A stretch of 24,000 nucleotides of DNA. Origin: Aldersonia kunmingensis. Its GTDB lineage: Bacteria > Actinomycetota > Actinomycetes > Mycobacteriales > Mycobacteriaceae. Shown here one piece after another: positions 1-7,767 of this stretch. The notes below the pieces were generated by a model. That model was not told where the DNA came from. It saw only the letters and a list, made by a program, of their open reading frames with translations, and searched no databases. The DNA lies in assembly GCF_001646865.1 (NCBI RefSeq), contig NZ_LRRB01000112.1:17909-41908 (forward strand), read 5' to 3'. Position numbers and translations under genes: made by a program. The stretch's first letter is position 1. Each line of letters starts with the position of its first letter.

Positions 1-935
1 ACTGGGGCCGCAAGATGTTCGTGACCCCAGGCATCGTCGTGGACGGCGAGCTGCTCACGACATCCCTGGTCGACATCAACCTCGGCATTCGGATTCTGTT
101 GGGCAGCTCGTACTACGACGACTGGACCGATCAGGAAACGTTCGTGAAGCAGGACCCGCTCGGCAATCCGGTCGACCGCAGGCATCCGTGGAATCAGCAC
201 ACGAATCCCAAGCCGCAGAAGCGCGACTTGGATGACAAGTACAGCTGGGTGATGTCGCCGCGTTGGTACGACGGCACAGACCACCTGGCGCTGGACACCG
301 GCGGCGGACCGCTGGCACGTCTCTGGTCCACCGCGCTGGCCGGGCTCGTCGACATCGGCTACGTGAAGTCGACTGGTCGGAGTGTGCAGATCGAACTGCC
401 GAAGACCGCGCTGAAGGGACCGGTCAGCTTGGAATGGAAGATCCCCGAGCACGGCAGCAACACGATCGAACGCAACCGTGCGCGCACGTATTTCCAGGCG
501 TACGCGGCGGCGTGCGCGCTGCACTTCGCCGAGAAGGCAATCGAGGAAATCCGGGCAGGGCATACGAAGACATGGGAGAAGTTCGACGTTCCCGACGAGG
601 GCATCGGCTGCGGCTTCACCGAGGCCGTGCGCGGAGTTCTCTCCCACCACATGGTGATTCGGGACGGCAAGATCGCGAACTACCACCCGTACCCGCCGAC
701 TCCGTGGAACGCGAATCCGCGGGACAGCTATGGCACGCCGGGGCCGTACGAGGATGCGGTGCAGGGCCAGCCGATCTTCGAGGAGAACGACCGCGAGCAC
801 TTCAAGGGCATCGACATCATGCGCACGGTGCGCAGTTTCGATCCCTGCCTGCCCTGCGGTGTGCACATGTATCTCGGCGAAGGCAAGACGTTGGAGAAGC
901 TCCACTCGCCGACGCAGACGCTGACCGGAGAGTAG
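1..935 (+). CDS. hhyL: [NiFe]-hydrogenase large subunit, C-terminal part (5'-truncated by the window edge), group 1h/5 high-affinity type
   Basis: The reading frame is open to the window edge, with the first full codon at position 3. The C-terminus reads ...RSFDPCLPCGVHMYLGEGKTLEKLHSPTQTLTGE. This is the DPCxxCxxH Ni-Fe ligand motif in the SFDPCLPCGVHM form that I associate with group 1h enzymes. It is followed by a 22-aa tail of the kind removed by a maturation endopeptidase, and one is encoded at 4724. A full hyp context lies downstream. Confidence 0.9.
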   Translation, partial: WGRKMFVTPGIVVDGELLTTSLVDINLGIRILLGSSYYDDWTDQETFVKQDPLGNPVDRRHPWNQHTNPKPQKRDLDDKYSWVMSPRWYDGTDHLALDTGGGPLARLWSTALAGLVDIGYVKSTGRSVQIELPKTALKGPVSLEWKIPEHGSNTIERNRARTYFQAYAAACALHFAEKAIEEIRAGHTKTWEKFDVPDEGIGCGFTEAVRGVLSHHMVIRDGKIANYHPYPPTPWNANPRDSYGTPGPYEDAVQGQPIFEENDREHFKGIDIMRTVRSFDPCLPCGVHMYLGEGKTLEKLHSPTQTLTGE

Positions 936-967
936 CTGCCCGACAATCGACGGGGGAGAGTGTGACA

Positions 968-1852
968 GTGGATCGCCCCGAAGACCAGGATGAGAACCGC
1001 TGGCGGGGCGCAGGTGATCGGATCGAGACGTTGCTCGAGGCAAGTTCCTCGGGTGGCCCCATCGCGCGCGAGCGTGCTGAGGATCTCGTGCGCGAGGTGT
1101 CGGACCTGTATGGCGCAGGACTGCAGCACATCCTGGGCCTAGTTGACGATCAGACCGTCGAGCGACTGGTTCGCGACGACCTCGTCGCCAGCCTGCTGCT
1201 CGTGCACAATCTGCACCCGCACGACGTCTACACGCGGGTGCAGACGGCGTTGGAGAGCGTCCGGCCCTATCTCGGTTCGCATGGTGGCGACGTGACCCTG
1301 CTCGGCGTCGACGACGGCGTTGTGCGGCTCGAGTTCGGTGGAAGCTGTACGACGTGTCCATCGTCCTCGGTGACGCTCGAATTCGCGGTCGAGGACGCAG
1401 TGCGTGCCGCCGCACCGGAGGTCGATTCGATCGAAGTGGTTGCAGCGGAGCAGCAGTCGTCGGCTGCGGTGATTCCGGCGGACTCGCTCTTCACCCGGGT
1501 GCACTCCCATCCCGGTAGTTGGGTTGCCGTGCCGGAGGTGGCGGAGCTCGGACCGGGCGAGATCGGTGGATTCGCGGTCGGGGAGCTGGTGATCCTGGCG
1601 TGCCGGGTGGGCGACACGCTGTATGCCTATCGCGACTGGTGCCCTACCTGCGAGAACTCGCTCGCGGGCGCGATACTGCATCGCAGCCCCGACCGCACGG
1701 TGCTGCTGCGCTGCCCGACCTGTCGTTCGCTGTTCGATGTTGTCCACGCGGGAGCGGAGGCCGGGGACGGCACAGCGCATCTCGATCCATTGCCGCTGCT
1801 CGACCGTGACGGCGTGCTGTCGGTGGCGGTGCCCGCGGAGGTGCGCGGATGA
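968..1852 (+). CDS. hhyE: Hydrogenase-associated putative Fe-S protein with a NifU-like domain plus a Rieske-fold C-terminal domain
   Basis: Part of ORF 263..1852; the 5' portion overlaps hhyL and is rejected. A GGGGGAGAG Shine-Dalgarno sits at 952-960. The start is GTG at 968, with GTG at 962 as the alternative. A NifU C-terminal-type segment reads HGGDVTLLGVDDGVVRLEFGGSCTTCPSS. The C-terminal domain has Rieske-fold spacing but the loops are CPTC-x20-CPTC. It lies directly downstream of hhyL, as I recall for the M. smegmatis hhyE locus; the symbol is from memory. Confidence 0.72.
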   Translation: MDRPEDQDENRWRGAGDRIETLLEASSSGGPIARERAEDLVREVSDLYGAGLQHILGLVDDQTVERLVRDDLVASLLLVHNLHPHDVYTRVQTALESVRPYLGSHGGDVTLLGVDDGVVRLEFGGSCTTCPSSSVTLEFAVEDAVRAAAPEVDSIEVVAAEQQSSAAVIPADSLFTRVHSHPGSWVAVPEVAELGPGEIGGFAVGELVILACRVGDTLYAYRDWCPTCENSLAGAILHRSPDRTVLLRCPTCRSLFDVVHAGAEAGDGTAHLDPLPLLDRDGVLSVAVPAEVRG

Positions 1853-2583
1853 GCAGCTCGTTCGATGTGATCCGGCGAATCACCGCCAACCGGCCACCAA
1901 GGCAGGTGGCCGGAGAGCGGTGCGAGATGTGTGCCGAATCGATCGCCGACGAGCACCAGCACGTTGTCGACGTCGAGGGCCGGCAACTGATGTGCGTGTG
2001 CCGGGGCTGCTATCTGCTGTTCACCGAGCCGGGTGCGGCCCTGCGGTACCGGGCTGTGCCCGATCGCTACCTGTCGTTTCCGGACTTCACGATCAGCCAA
2101 GGAGAATGGGACGCGCTGGAAATCCCCGTTGGGCTCGCGTTCTTGTTCCGCAACTCCTCGCTGGGGCGAACCGTTGCGTTCTACCCGGGGCCTGCCGGCG
2201 CCACCGAATCCGAACTGGCACTGGATGCCTGGCAGACGGTGAGGGATCGGCACCCCGCACTGGACGTGCTCGAGCCGGACGTGGAAGCGCTTCTCATCCG
2301 CATTCCTGAACAGGGCACGGCGGAAGCCGCGTGCCTGCTATTGCCCATCGACGCTTGTTACGAGTTTGTCGGCCGGATGCGAATGCAATGGCGCGGTTTC
2401 GACGGTGGGCAGGACGTGCGCCGCTATATCGAGGAGTTCTTCACCGCGGTGTCGGCGCATGCGAAACCGGCCTCGAGCGGAGCCTGCGAAGCTCGCACAG
2501 ACGCCTCGAGCGGAGCCTGCGATGCTCGCACAGACGCCTCGAGCGGAGCCCGCGAAGCTCGCACAGAGTCTGGTGCGCGATGA
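1849..2583 (+). CDS. Conserved hydrogenase-cluster protein of unknown function (DUF5947-like, label from memory) with a CxxC-x20-CxCxxC motif and a repeat-bearing C-terminal tail
   Basis: The ATG at 1849 overlaps the upstream stop (ATGA). The N-terminal Cys cluster is CEMCAESIADEHQHVVDVEGRQLMCVCRGC. The C-terminus carries three 11-aa repeats. The stop overlaps the next start (ATGA at 2580). Confidence 0.75.
   Translation: MSSSFDVIRRITANRPPRQVAGERCEMCAESIADEHQHVVDVEGRQLMCVCRGCYLLFTEPGAALRYRAVPDRYLSFPDFTISQGEWDALEIPVGLAFLFRNSSLGRTVAFYPGPAGATESELALDAWQTVRDRHPALDVLEPDVEALLIRIPEQGTAEAACLLLPIDACYEFVGRMRMQWRGFDGGQDVRRYIEEFFTAVSAHAKPASSGACEARTDASSGACDARTDASSGAREARTESGAR
2470..2568 (+). repeat. Perfectly phased tandem repeat of 3 x 33 bp, in-frame within the CDS (11-aa unit ASSGAC[E/D]ARTD)
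   Basis: Units occupy 2470-2502, 2503-2535 and 2536-2568. Unit 1 is gcctcgagcggagcctgcgaagctcgcacagac. Unit 2 differs at 1 nt and unit 3 at 2 nt. I read this directly from the sequence. Confidence 0.97.
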
Positions 2584-3224
2584 GTCCGGCGTACTCCACC
2601 ACATTCGCGGTGCTCGGGATGAAGCCCGAGCCATACGCTGTCGCGCCGATCCTCTCGGCTCGCATCGGCATCGCCTCGGTCGGCGACGAACCTGTCCACG
2701 CGATTGCGCTGCGCGCCCAGGTGCGGATCGAGCCGTATCGCCGCACCTATACCGACGAGGAAGGCGCAGGCCTGCACGATCTGTTCGGTCCGCGTGAACG
2801 CTGGCGGGACACCCAGCGGTCGTTTCTCTGGATGCATTGCACCACAATGGTTCCCGGTTTCAATGGCGGTTCCGAGATCGATCTTCCGATGCCGTGTACG
2901 TACGACTTCGAGGTGAGCGCGACAAAGTATCTGCACGCACTGCGCGAGGGCACAGTGCCGCTCATCTTCCTGTTCAGCGGGACCGTGTTCATCCGGGGTG
3001 CGACGGGATTTGCGATCCAGCAGATCCCGTGGGACCGCGAGGACAAGTTCGACATGCCGGTGTCGGTGTGGGAGGAGCTCGTCGACGCCCACTTCCCGAA
3101 CTCCGGTTGGGTGCGGTTGTCACACGAGACGCTGGATGCGCTCGCGGCCTACAAATCCGGCCACGGCATGTTGGGGTTCGACGACGCGGTGAATGCGTTA
3201 CTGGCGCGGGAGGGTTCGCCATGA
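2580..3224 (+). CDS. Conserved hydrogenase-cluster protein of unknown function (DUF6084-like, label from memory)
   Basis: The ATG at 2580 sits in an ATGA overlap with the upstream stop. It encodes 214 aa (MSPAYSTTFAVLGMKPEPYAV...). The stop overlaps the next start (ATGA at 3221). The longer ORF-track start at 2331 overlaps the previous gene and reads the tandem repeat out of frame, so I rejected it. Confidence 0.72.
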   Translation: MSPAYSTTFAVLGMKPEPYAVAPILSARIGIASVGDEPVHAIALRAQVRIEPYRRTYTDEEGAGLHDLFGPRERWRDTQRSFLWMHCTTMVPGFNGGSEIDLPMPCTYDFEVSATKYLHALREGTVPLIFLFSGTVFIRGATGFAIQQIPWDREDKFDMPVSVWEELVDAHFPNSGWVRLSHETLDALAAYKSGHGMLGFDDAVNALLAREGSP

Positions 3225-4528
3225 CCGGCGCGCGGGCGCGCGCCGTCGCCGACGCCGTCCTGTACGAGGGATACCTGCTCTACCCCTACCGGGCGAGCTC
3301 GGGAAAGAACCAGTCCCGCTGGCAGTTCGGGGTACTGGGCCCGCCGGGCGCCGCCGATTCCGGATTGGGCGAGGACGCGACGATATCGGCGCAGTGCCTG
3401 GTGGAAGGCGGACCCGAGCCAACCGTGACGTTGACGGTCCGATTCCTGCAATTGCAGCACCGCGGTGTCCAGGATTCGCTGGGCAACCCCGTCGCGGAAC
3501 TGATCGCGGACGCCGAATCGTGGATCAGTTGGGATGAGGCCGTCGAGTGCGAACAGGTCGTCGGACCGCTGCCGCTGCATGGCGCGCTCGTGCCGCTCGA
3601 CATTCCCGGCGGTAGCGACATCGAGACGATCGAGGGTGCGGGACGGCTCGTCCGCACCCGCGAGCCCGTGGTGGCAGAACTGGAGCTGACAGCCGATCGC
3701 GAGGGTGATCTCACGCGACTCACTATCGCAGTGCGGAATACCGGCGCTGCGGCGACCGACAAACACGATGCGATCGCGCGATCCTGCATCGGGGCCCACG
3801 TCATCGCCGAAGTACACGGTGGCGCGTTCGTCTCACTGCTCGAACCACCCGACGATGCCGCACTTGCCGCGGCGAATTGTCGGCAGCACCGGTGCTTCCC
3901 GGTCCTTGCCGGCCCGCCGGGAGACAGCGATGTGCTGCTGATTTCGCCGATCATCCTCTATGACCACCCGGAGATCGCCGAACAGAGCGAAGGGGCACTG
4001 TTCGACTCCACCGAGATCGACGAGATCCTCACGTTGCGCGTGATGACGATGACCGATGAGGAGAAGGCTCAGGCCCGCGCGACCGATCCGCTCGCAGCGC
4101 AGCTCATCGATCGCTGCGATGCGATGACTCCCGAGTCGATGCAGCGCTTGCACGGTGTACTGCGTGACCCGCACCTGGGTGAGGAGCAGCCACGTCTGGT
4201 TCCGGAGATTCCGGACGGCGTCGACTGGTGGGATCCGTTCGCCGACAATGCCGTCGCCCCCGACACCGACGCCGTCCTTGTTGCGGGAGTGCGTGTGGCG
4301 AAGGGCAGCCACGTTCGTCTGCATCCGTCGCGGCGGGCAGACGCACAGGACTTGTTCTTCGACGGCAAGCTTGCCCGCGTCACGGCGGTGCATGAGGACG
4401 TCGATGGGCAGGCGCACGTTGCTGTGGTCATCGATGACGATCCCGCAGCAGATTTGCACGAGTGGTACGGCCGGTACCTGTACTTCGCGCCCGACGAAGT
4501 CGAGCCCGTCAGCAGCCCGCAGAAGTGA
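3221..4528 (+). CDS. Conserved hydrogenase-cluster protein of unknown function (435 aa)
   Basis: The ATG at 3221 sits in an ATGA overlap. The protein reads MTGARARAVADAVLYEGYLLYPYRASSGKNQSRWQFGVLGP... It has balanced, non-Arg/Pro-biased composition, unlike the overlapping alternative frames. I recognise no catalytic motif. Confidence 0.7.
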   Translation: MTGARARAVADAVLYEGYLLYPYRASSGKNQSRWQFGVLGPPGAADSGLGEDATISAQCLVEGGPEPTVTLTVRFLQLQHRGVQDSLGNPVAELIADAESWISWDEAVECEQVVGPLPLHGALVPLDIPGGSDIETIEGAGRLVRTREPVVAELELTADREGDLTRLTIAVRNTGAAATDKHDAIARSCIGAHVIAEVHGGAFVSLLEPPDDAALAAANCRQHRCFPVLAGPPGDSDVLLISPIILYDHPEIAEQSEGALFDSTEIDEILTLRVMTMTDEEKAQARATDPLAAQLIDRCDAMTPESMQRLHGVLRDPHLGEEQPRLVPEIPDGVDWWDPFADNAVAPDTDAVLVAGVRVAKGSHVRLHPSRRADAQDLFFDGKLARVTAVHEDVDGQAHVAVVIDDDPAADLHEWYGRYLYFAPDEVEPVSSPQK

Positions 4529-4544
4529 GAAAGGAAGGTCCGCC

Positions 4545-4664
4545 ATGCAAACGGTAGGACTGGTCGCAACCGCAATCGGTGCGTTGGTTGTTGCGGTCGG
4601 CGTCGTGATCGGAGTGCGTTCGATTCCCGATGTCCGGCGCTATCTGAAGATTCGACAGATGTAA
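4545..4664 (+). CDS. 39-aa single-pass membrane peptide (DUF6893-like small protein, label from memory)
   Basis: A strong Shine-Dalgarno (GAGAAAGGAAGG, 4527-4538) lies 6 nt upstream of the ATG at 4545. The product is MQTVGLVATAIGALVVAVGVVIGVRSIPDVRRYLKIRQM, one hydrophobic helix with a basic tail. It is too short for the 60-aa ORF-track cut-off as a stand-alone gene. Confidence 0.55.
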   Translation: MQTVGLVATAIGALVVAVGVVIGVRSIPDVRRYLKIRQM

Positions 4665-4723
4665 GTCAGCGATTGGGGCAGAGGTGGGTGGCGCGACAGC
4701 GCCCACCGACGACAAGGAGTGAG

Positions 4724-5194
4724 TTGAGCAACGGCGTGCTGGTCGCCGGGATCGGGAACATCTTCCTCGGCGACGACGGGTTCGGCCCCGAGGTGGTGCG
4801 GCGAATGGCGCACCTCCCCGAAACAGGCGCGCGTGTCGTCGATTACGGAATCCGGGGCATGCATCTCGCCTACGACCTGCTCGGCCCGTGGGACGGGCTC
4901 GTCCTCATCGACGCCGTGCCGAACCGTGGGCGGCCGGGCCGGGTCGTCGTCATGGAAGCCGCGCCCGCCGAAGGCCCGGCGAATCTCGATGCGCACGCGA
5001 TGAATCCGGAGGCCGTATTCGCGAGCCTTCGGGCGCTGGGTGGCGCGTTGCCGCCGACGATTGTGGTCGGCTGCGAGGTCGAGTCCGTCGATGAAGGCAT
5101 CGGGTTGTCCGCGCCGGTCTCCGCCGCGATCGATGAGGCGGCCGACGCGGTACGGGACGTCGTCGCCGATCTCTCGGCGCGTCAGGAGGTGTGA
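4724..5194 (+). CDS. Hydrogenase maturation endopeptidase (HyaD/HybD/HupD family)
   Basis: The N-terminal signature is VLVAGIGNIFLGDDGFGPEV (GxGNxxxxDDGxG). AAGGAG at 4714-4719 precedes a TTG at 4724. GTG at 4736 and the ORF-track TTG at 4673 are alternative starts. The size of about 156 aa is typical for the family. Confidence 0.85.
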   Translation: MSNGVLVAGIGNIFLGDDGFGPEVVRRMAHLPETGARVVDYGIRGMHLAYDLLGPWDGLVLIDAVPNRGRPGRVVVMEAAPAEGPANLDAHAMNPEAVFASLRALGGALPPTIVVGCEVESVDEGIGLSAPVSAAIDEAADAVRDVVADLSARQEV

Positions 5195-5197
5195 GCC

Positions 5198-5443
5198 ATG
5201 TGTCTCGGCATCCCCGGACGGGTCGTCGAAGTGCTCGACGGTTACCACAACCAGATCGCGCTCGTCGATGTGCATGGCGAGAAGCGGAAGGTGAACATCG
5301 GTTTGCTGGAGGATGATTCGCCCGCCCACCCCGGCGACTGGGTGATCATCCACATGGGATTCGCAATGGAGAAGACGGACGAGGCGGGCGCAGCGAAGGC
5401 AATGGCCGGGCTCGAGTTGCTCGGACGTGGTGAGAGCCCATGA
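5198..5443 (+). CDS. hypC: HypC/HybG/HupF-family hydrogenase maturation chaperone (copy 1)
   Basis: The N-terminus MCLGIPGRVVEV carries the essential Cys2. It is 81 aa long. Its stop overlaps the hypF start (ATGA at 5440). Confidence 0.9.
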   Translation: MCLGIPGRVVEVLDGYHNQIALVDVHGEKRKVNIGLLEDDSPAHPGDWVIIHMGFAMEKTDEAGAAKAMAGLELLGRGESP

Positions 5444-7767
5444 CGGCGACGGCACTCGACGGCCGGGTCGAACGGGTCCGGCTGGTTGTTCGCGGAATCG
5501 TGCAGGGCGTTGGTTACCGTCCGTTCGTCGCGCGACTGGCGAACGAACTCGGCCTGTCCGGTCATTGCGGCAACGATGAATCGAGCGTCTTCATCGAGGT
5601 GGAGGGGAGCGAGCGTTCGATCGCGCAGTTCGTGCGCCGATTGCGCTCGGACTCGCCGCCGATGTCGGAGATCCTCGATGTCAGCAGCGTTCGGCTGGAC
5701 CCGCGGGGGGACACCGAGTTTCATATCACCGCAAGCCGTCATCGGTGCGGCGCCCGGACGTTGATCCCACCCGACGTCGCGACGTGTGCCGACTGTTTGC
5801 GAGAGTTCCACGACCCGGCGAACCGCCGTTACCTGCATCCATTCATCAACTGCACCAACTGCGGGCCGCGGTTCACCGTGATCCGGGACCTGCCCTACGA
5901 CCGTCCGGCAACGACCATGGCCGATTTCGAGATGTGCTCGCGATGCGCCGCCGAGTATTCCGACCCGACCGACCGCCGCTACCACGCTCAACCGATCTCC
6001 TGCCACGAATGCGGGCCACGCGTGCATCTCGAACAGGACGGGTCTGTTGTCACCGGTGACCAAGCTGTTTTCGAGGGCGCGCGACGTGCGCTCCTGGACG
6101 GAAAGATATTGGCGGTCAAGGGAATCGGTGGCTACCACTTGGTCTGCAACGCCACGGATCCAGCGGCAGTGGCCACGCTGCGCGAGCGCAAACACCGGCC
6201 CGCCAAACCATTTGCGGTCATGGCGGCCGACCTCGATTTCGCGTACGCGCTGTGTGTGATCGACGACGTGGAGCAGGGACTGTTGCAGCAGCCCGCACGC
6301 CCGATCGTGCTGCTGCGCAAACGATCCGCCTCGCAGGTGGCAGACGAGGTGGCGCCGGGTCTCGACGAACTCGGCGTGATGCTTCCCTACACGCCGGTGC
6401 ATCAATTGCTGTTCGACGCGACAATGCCGCGCGTGCTCGTGATGACGTCCGGCAACCTGAGCGGTGAGCCACTGTGTTTCGCCGACGACGACGCGCGGAT
6501 GCGGCTAGCCGGGATCGCCGACGTCTTCCTCGTACACGATCGAGAGATCGCCGTGCCCTGTGAGGACTCGGTCGTGACCGTGTCGCTCGGGTCCGAGGTA
6601 CCCATCCGGCGCTCTCGAGGGTTCGCACCACTGCCCGTTCCATTGCCCGACACGGGACCAGTTGTGTTGGGCGTCGGAGCCGAACTGAAGAACACCTTCT
6701 GCCTCACGCGCGAAGACCTCGCGTTCTGCTCCGCGCATCTCGGCGACATGGGCACGCTGGAAAGCCAACGGGCGTTCGAGCGGTCGATCGACCAGCTCAC
6801 CACCCTGCACGGCGTCACACCGAGCGTGGTTGTCGCAGACGACCATCCCGGCTACTCAACTCGACGATGGGCCGAACGGTACTGCGACGTCAACGATCTC
6901 GCGTTGCACACGGTGCAGCATCACCATGCGCACGTGGCGTCGCTCATCGCCGAACACGGCCGCTTGGGTACACCGCTGCTAGGAATCGCCTTCGACGGCA
7001 CCGGATACGGGTGTGACCGGACAGTGTGGGGCGGCGAGCTGGTGGCGGTCGGAACCGAAGTCCTGGACTTCGAACGCGTCGGGCACCTGCAGTCATTCCA
7101 GCTGCCCGGTGGCGACACCGCGATTCGCAATCCGGTTCGAGTGGCGATGTCGCTGCTCCACGAGGCGGGAATCGAGGCATCCGACGCCCTGCCGTGCATC
7201 CGTGCCCTGCGAGATGGCGAACACGAACTGATCGCGTCGCAGCTGTCCACCGGTGCAGGTTGTGTCCGGACCACGAGTGCTGGCCGGCTTTTCGACGGAG
7301 TGTCGTCGCTGCTCGGCGTGCGGCACCGGGTGACCTACGAGGCTCAGGCTGCCATCGAGTTGGAGGCGCTGGCGCGTTCGGCTGCCCGACCGATTCCACT
7401 CGCCATAGATATCGACGTCGACCAGCTGACCCTTCGAGCGCTACTCGAGGAACTGGTGCCCGCCCTTCGGCGAGGAGACGATACGGCGTCGCTGGCGCTC
7501 GGATTCCACCACGCGCTCGCGCATGGGACCGCGGAACTCGCGGTTCGGCGCGCGAAGGACTTCGGGATCCGCGGCATCGGTTTGACCGGCGGCGTGTTCC
7601 AGAATCGTCTGCTGCTACAACTGCTTCGGGAAGAGTTGGAGTACAAAGGTTTCGACGTCCTGACGCACCGGCGTGTGCCCGCGAACGACGGTGGTCTTTC
7701 GCTCGGGCAGGCGGTCCTCGGTCGCGCGATCGCTGCGCGGCACGCACGAATGGGAGCACAGTCATGA
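5440..7767 (+). CDS. hypF: Carbamoyltransferase HypF
   Basis: It encodes 775 aa. An acylphosphatase-like N-terminus is present (VRGIVQGVGYRPFV). There are two zinc-finger pairs (CADCLREFHDPANRRYLHPFINCTNCGPRF and CSRCAAEYSDPTDRRYHAQPISCHECGPR). A YrdC-like segment (ILAVKGIGGYHLVC) and a Kae1-like C-terminal domain complete the architecture. Confidence 0.95.
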   Translation: MTATALDGRVERVRLVVRGIVQGVGYRPFVARLANELGLSGHCGNDESSVFIEVEGSERSIAQFVRRLRSDSPPMSEILDVSSVRLDPRGDTEFHITASRHRCGARTLIPPDVATCADCLREFHDPANRRYLHPFINCTNCGPRFTVIRDLPYDRPATTMADFEMCSRCAAEYSDPTDRRYHAQPISCHECGPRVHLEQDGSVVTGDQAVFEGARRALLDGKILAVKGIGGYHLVCNATDPAAVATLRERKHRPAKPFAVMAADLDFAYALCVIDDVEQGLLQQPARPIVLLRKRSASQVADEVAPGLDELGVMLPYTPVHQLLFDATMPRVLVMTSGNLSGEPLCFADDDARMRLAGIADVFLVHDREIAVPCEDSVVTVSLGSEVPIRRSRGFAPLPVPLPDTGPVVLGVGAELKNTFCLTREDLAFCSAHLGDMGTLESQRAFERSIDQLTTLHGVTPSVVVADDHPGYSTRRWAERYCDVNDLALHTVQHHHAHVASLIAEHGRLGTPLLGIAFDGTGYGCDRTVWGGELVAVGTEVLDFERVGHLQSFQLPGGDTAIRNPVRVAMSLLHEAGIEASDALPCIRALRDGEHELIASQLSTGAGCVRTTSAGRLFDGVSSLLGVRHRVTYEAQAAIELEALARSAARPIPLAIDIDVDQLTLRALLEELVPALRRGDDTASLALGFHHALAHGTAELAVRRAKDFGIRGIGLTGGVFQNRLLLQLLREELEYKGFDVLTHRRVPANDGGLSLGQAVLGRAIAARHARMGAQS

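Noticed and set aside
263-967. 5' extensions offered by the ORF track: 263..1852 (hhyE), 2331..3224, 2837..4528 and 7026..8507.
   Set aside because: The extensions overlap the preceding, well-supported genes by hundreds of bases and encode Arg/Pro-rich junk. Internal starts at 968 (or 962), 2580, 3221 and 7764 give either ATGA stop/start overlaps or a Shine-Dalgarno, and the sequence is protein-like from the first residue.
2470-2568. The 33-bp repeats considered as a possible CRISPR array.
   Set aside because: The units are directly tandem with no spacers. There are only three copies, they are in-frame within a CDS, and no cas genes are nearby.
5242-6405. A 387-aa ORF on the minus strand, antisense to hypF. 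Similar long antisense or alternative-frame ORFs occur at 12272..13480 (-), 8240..9121 (-), 20171..21067 (-), 3833..4546 (-), 6944..7870 (-), 22560..23402 (+) and 10780..11844 (+).
   Set aside because: Each lies entirely inside a gene with strong family motifs on the other strand or frame. Their products are Arg/Pro/Gly/His-rich with no motifs. This is the usual stop-codon-poor shadow of high-GC coding DNA.
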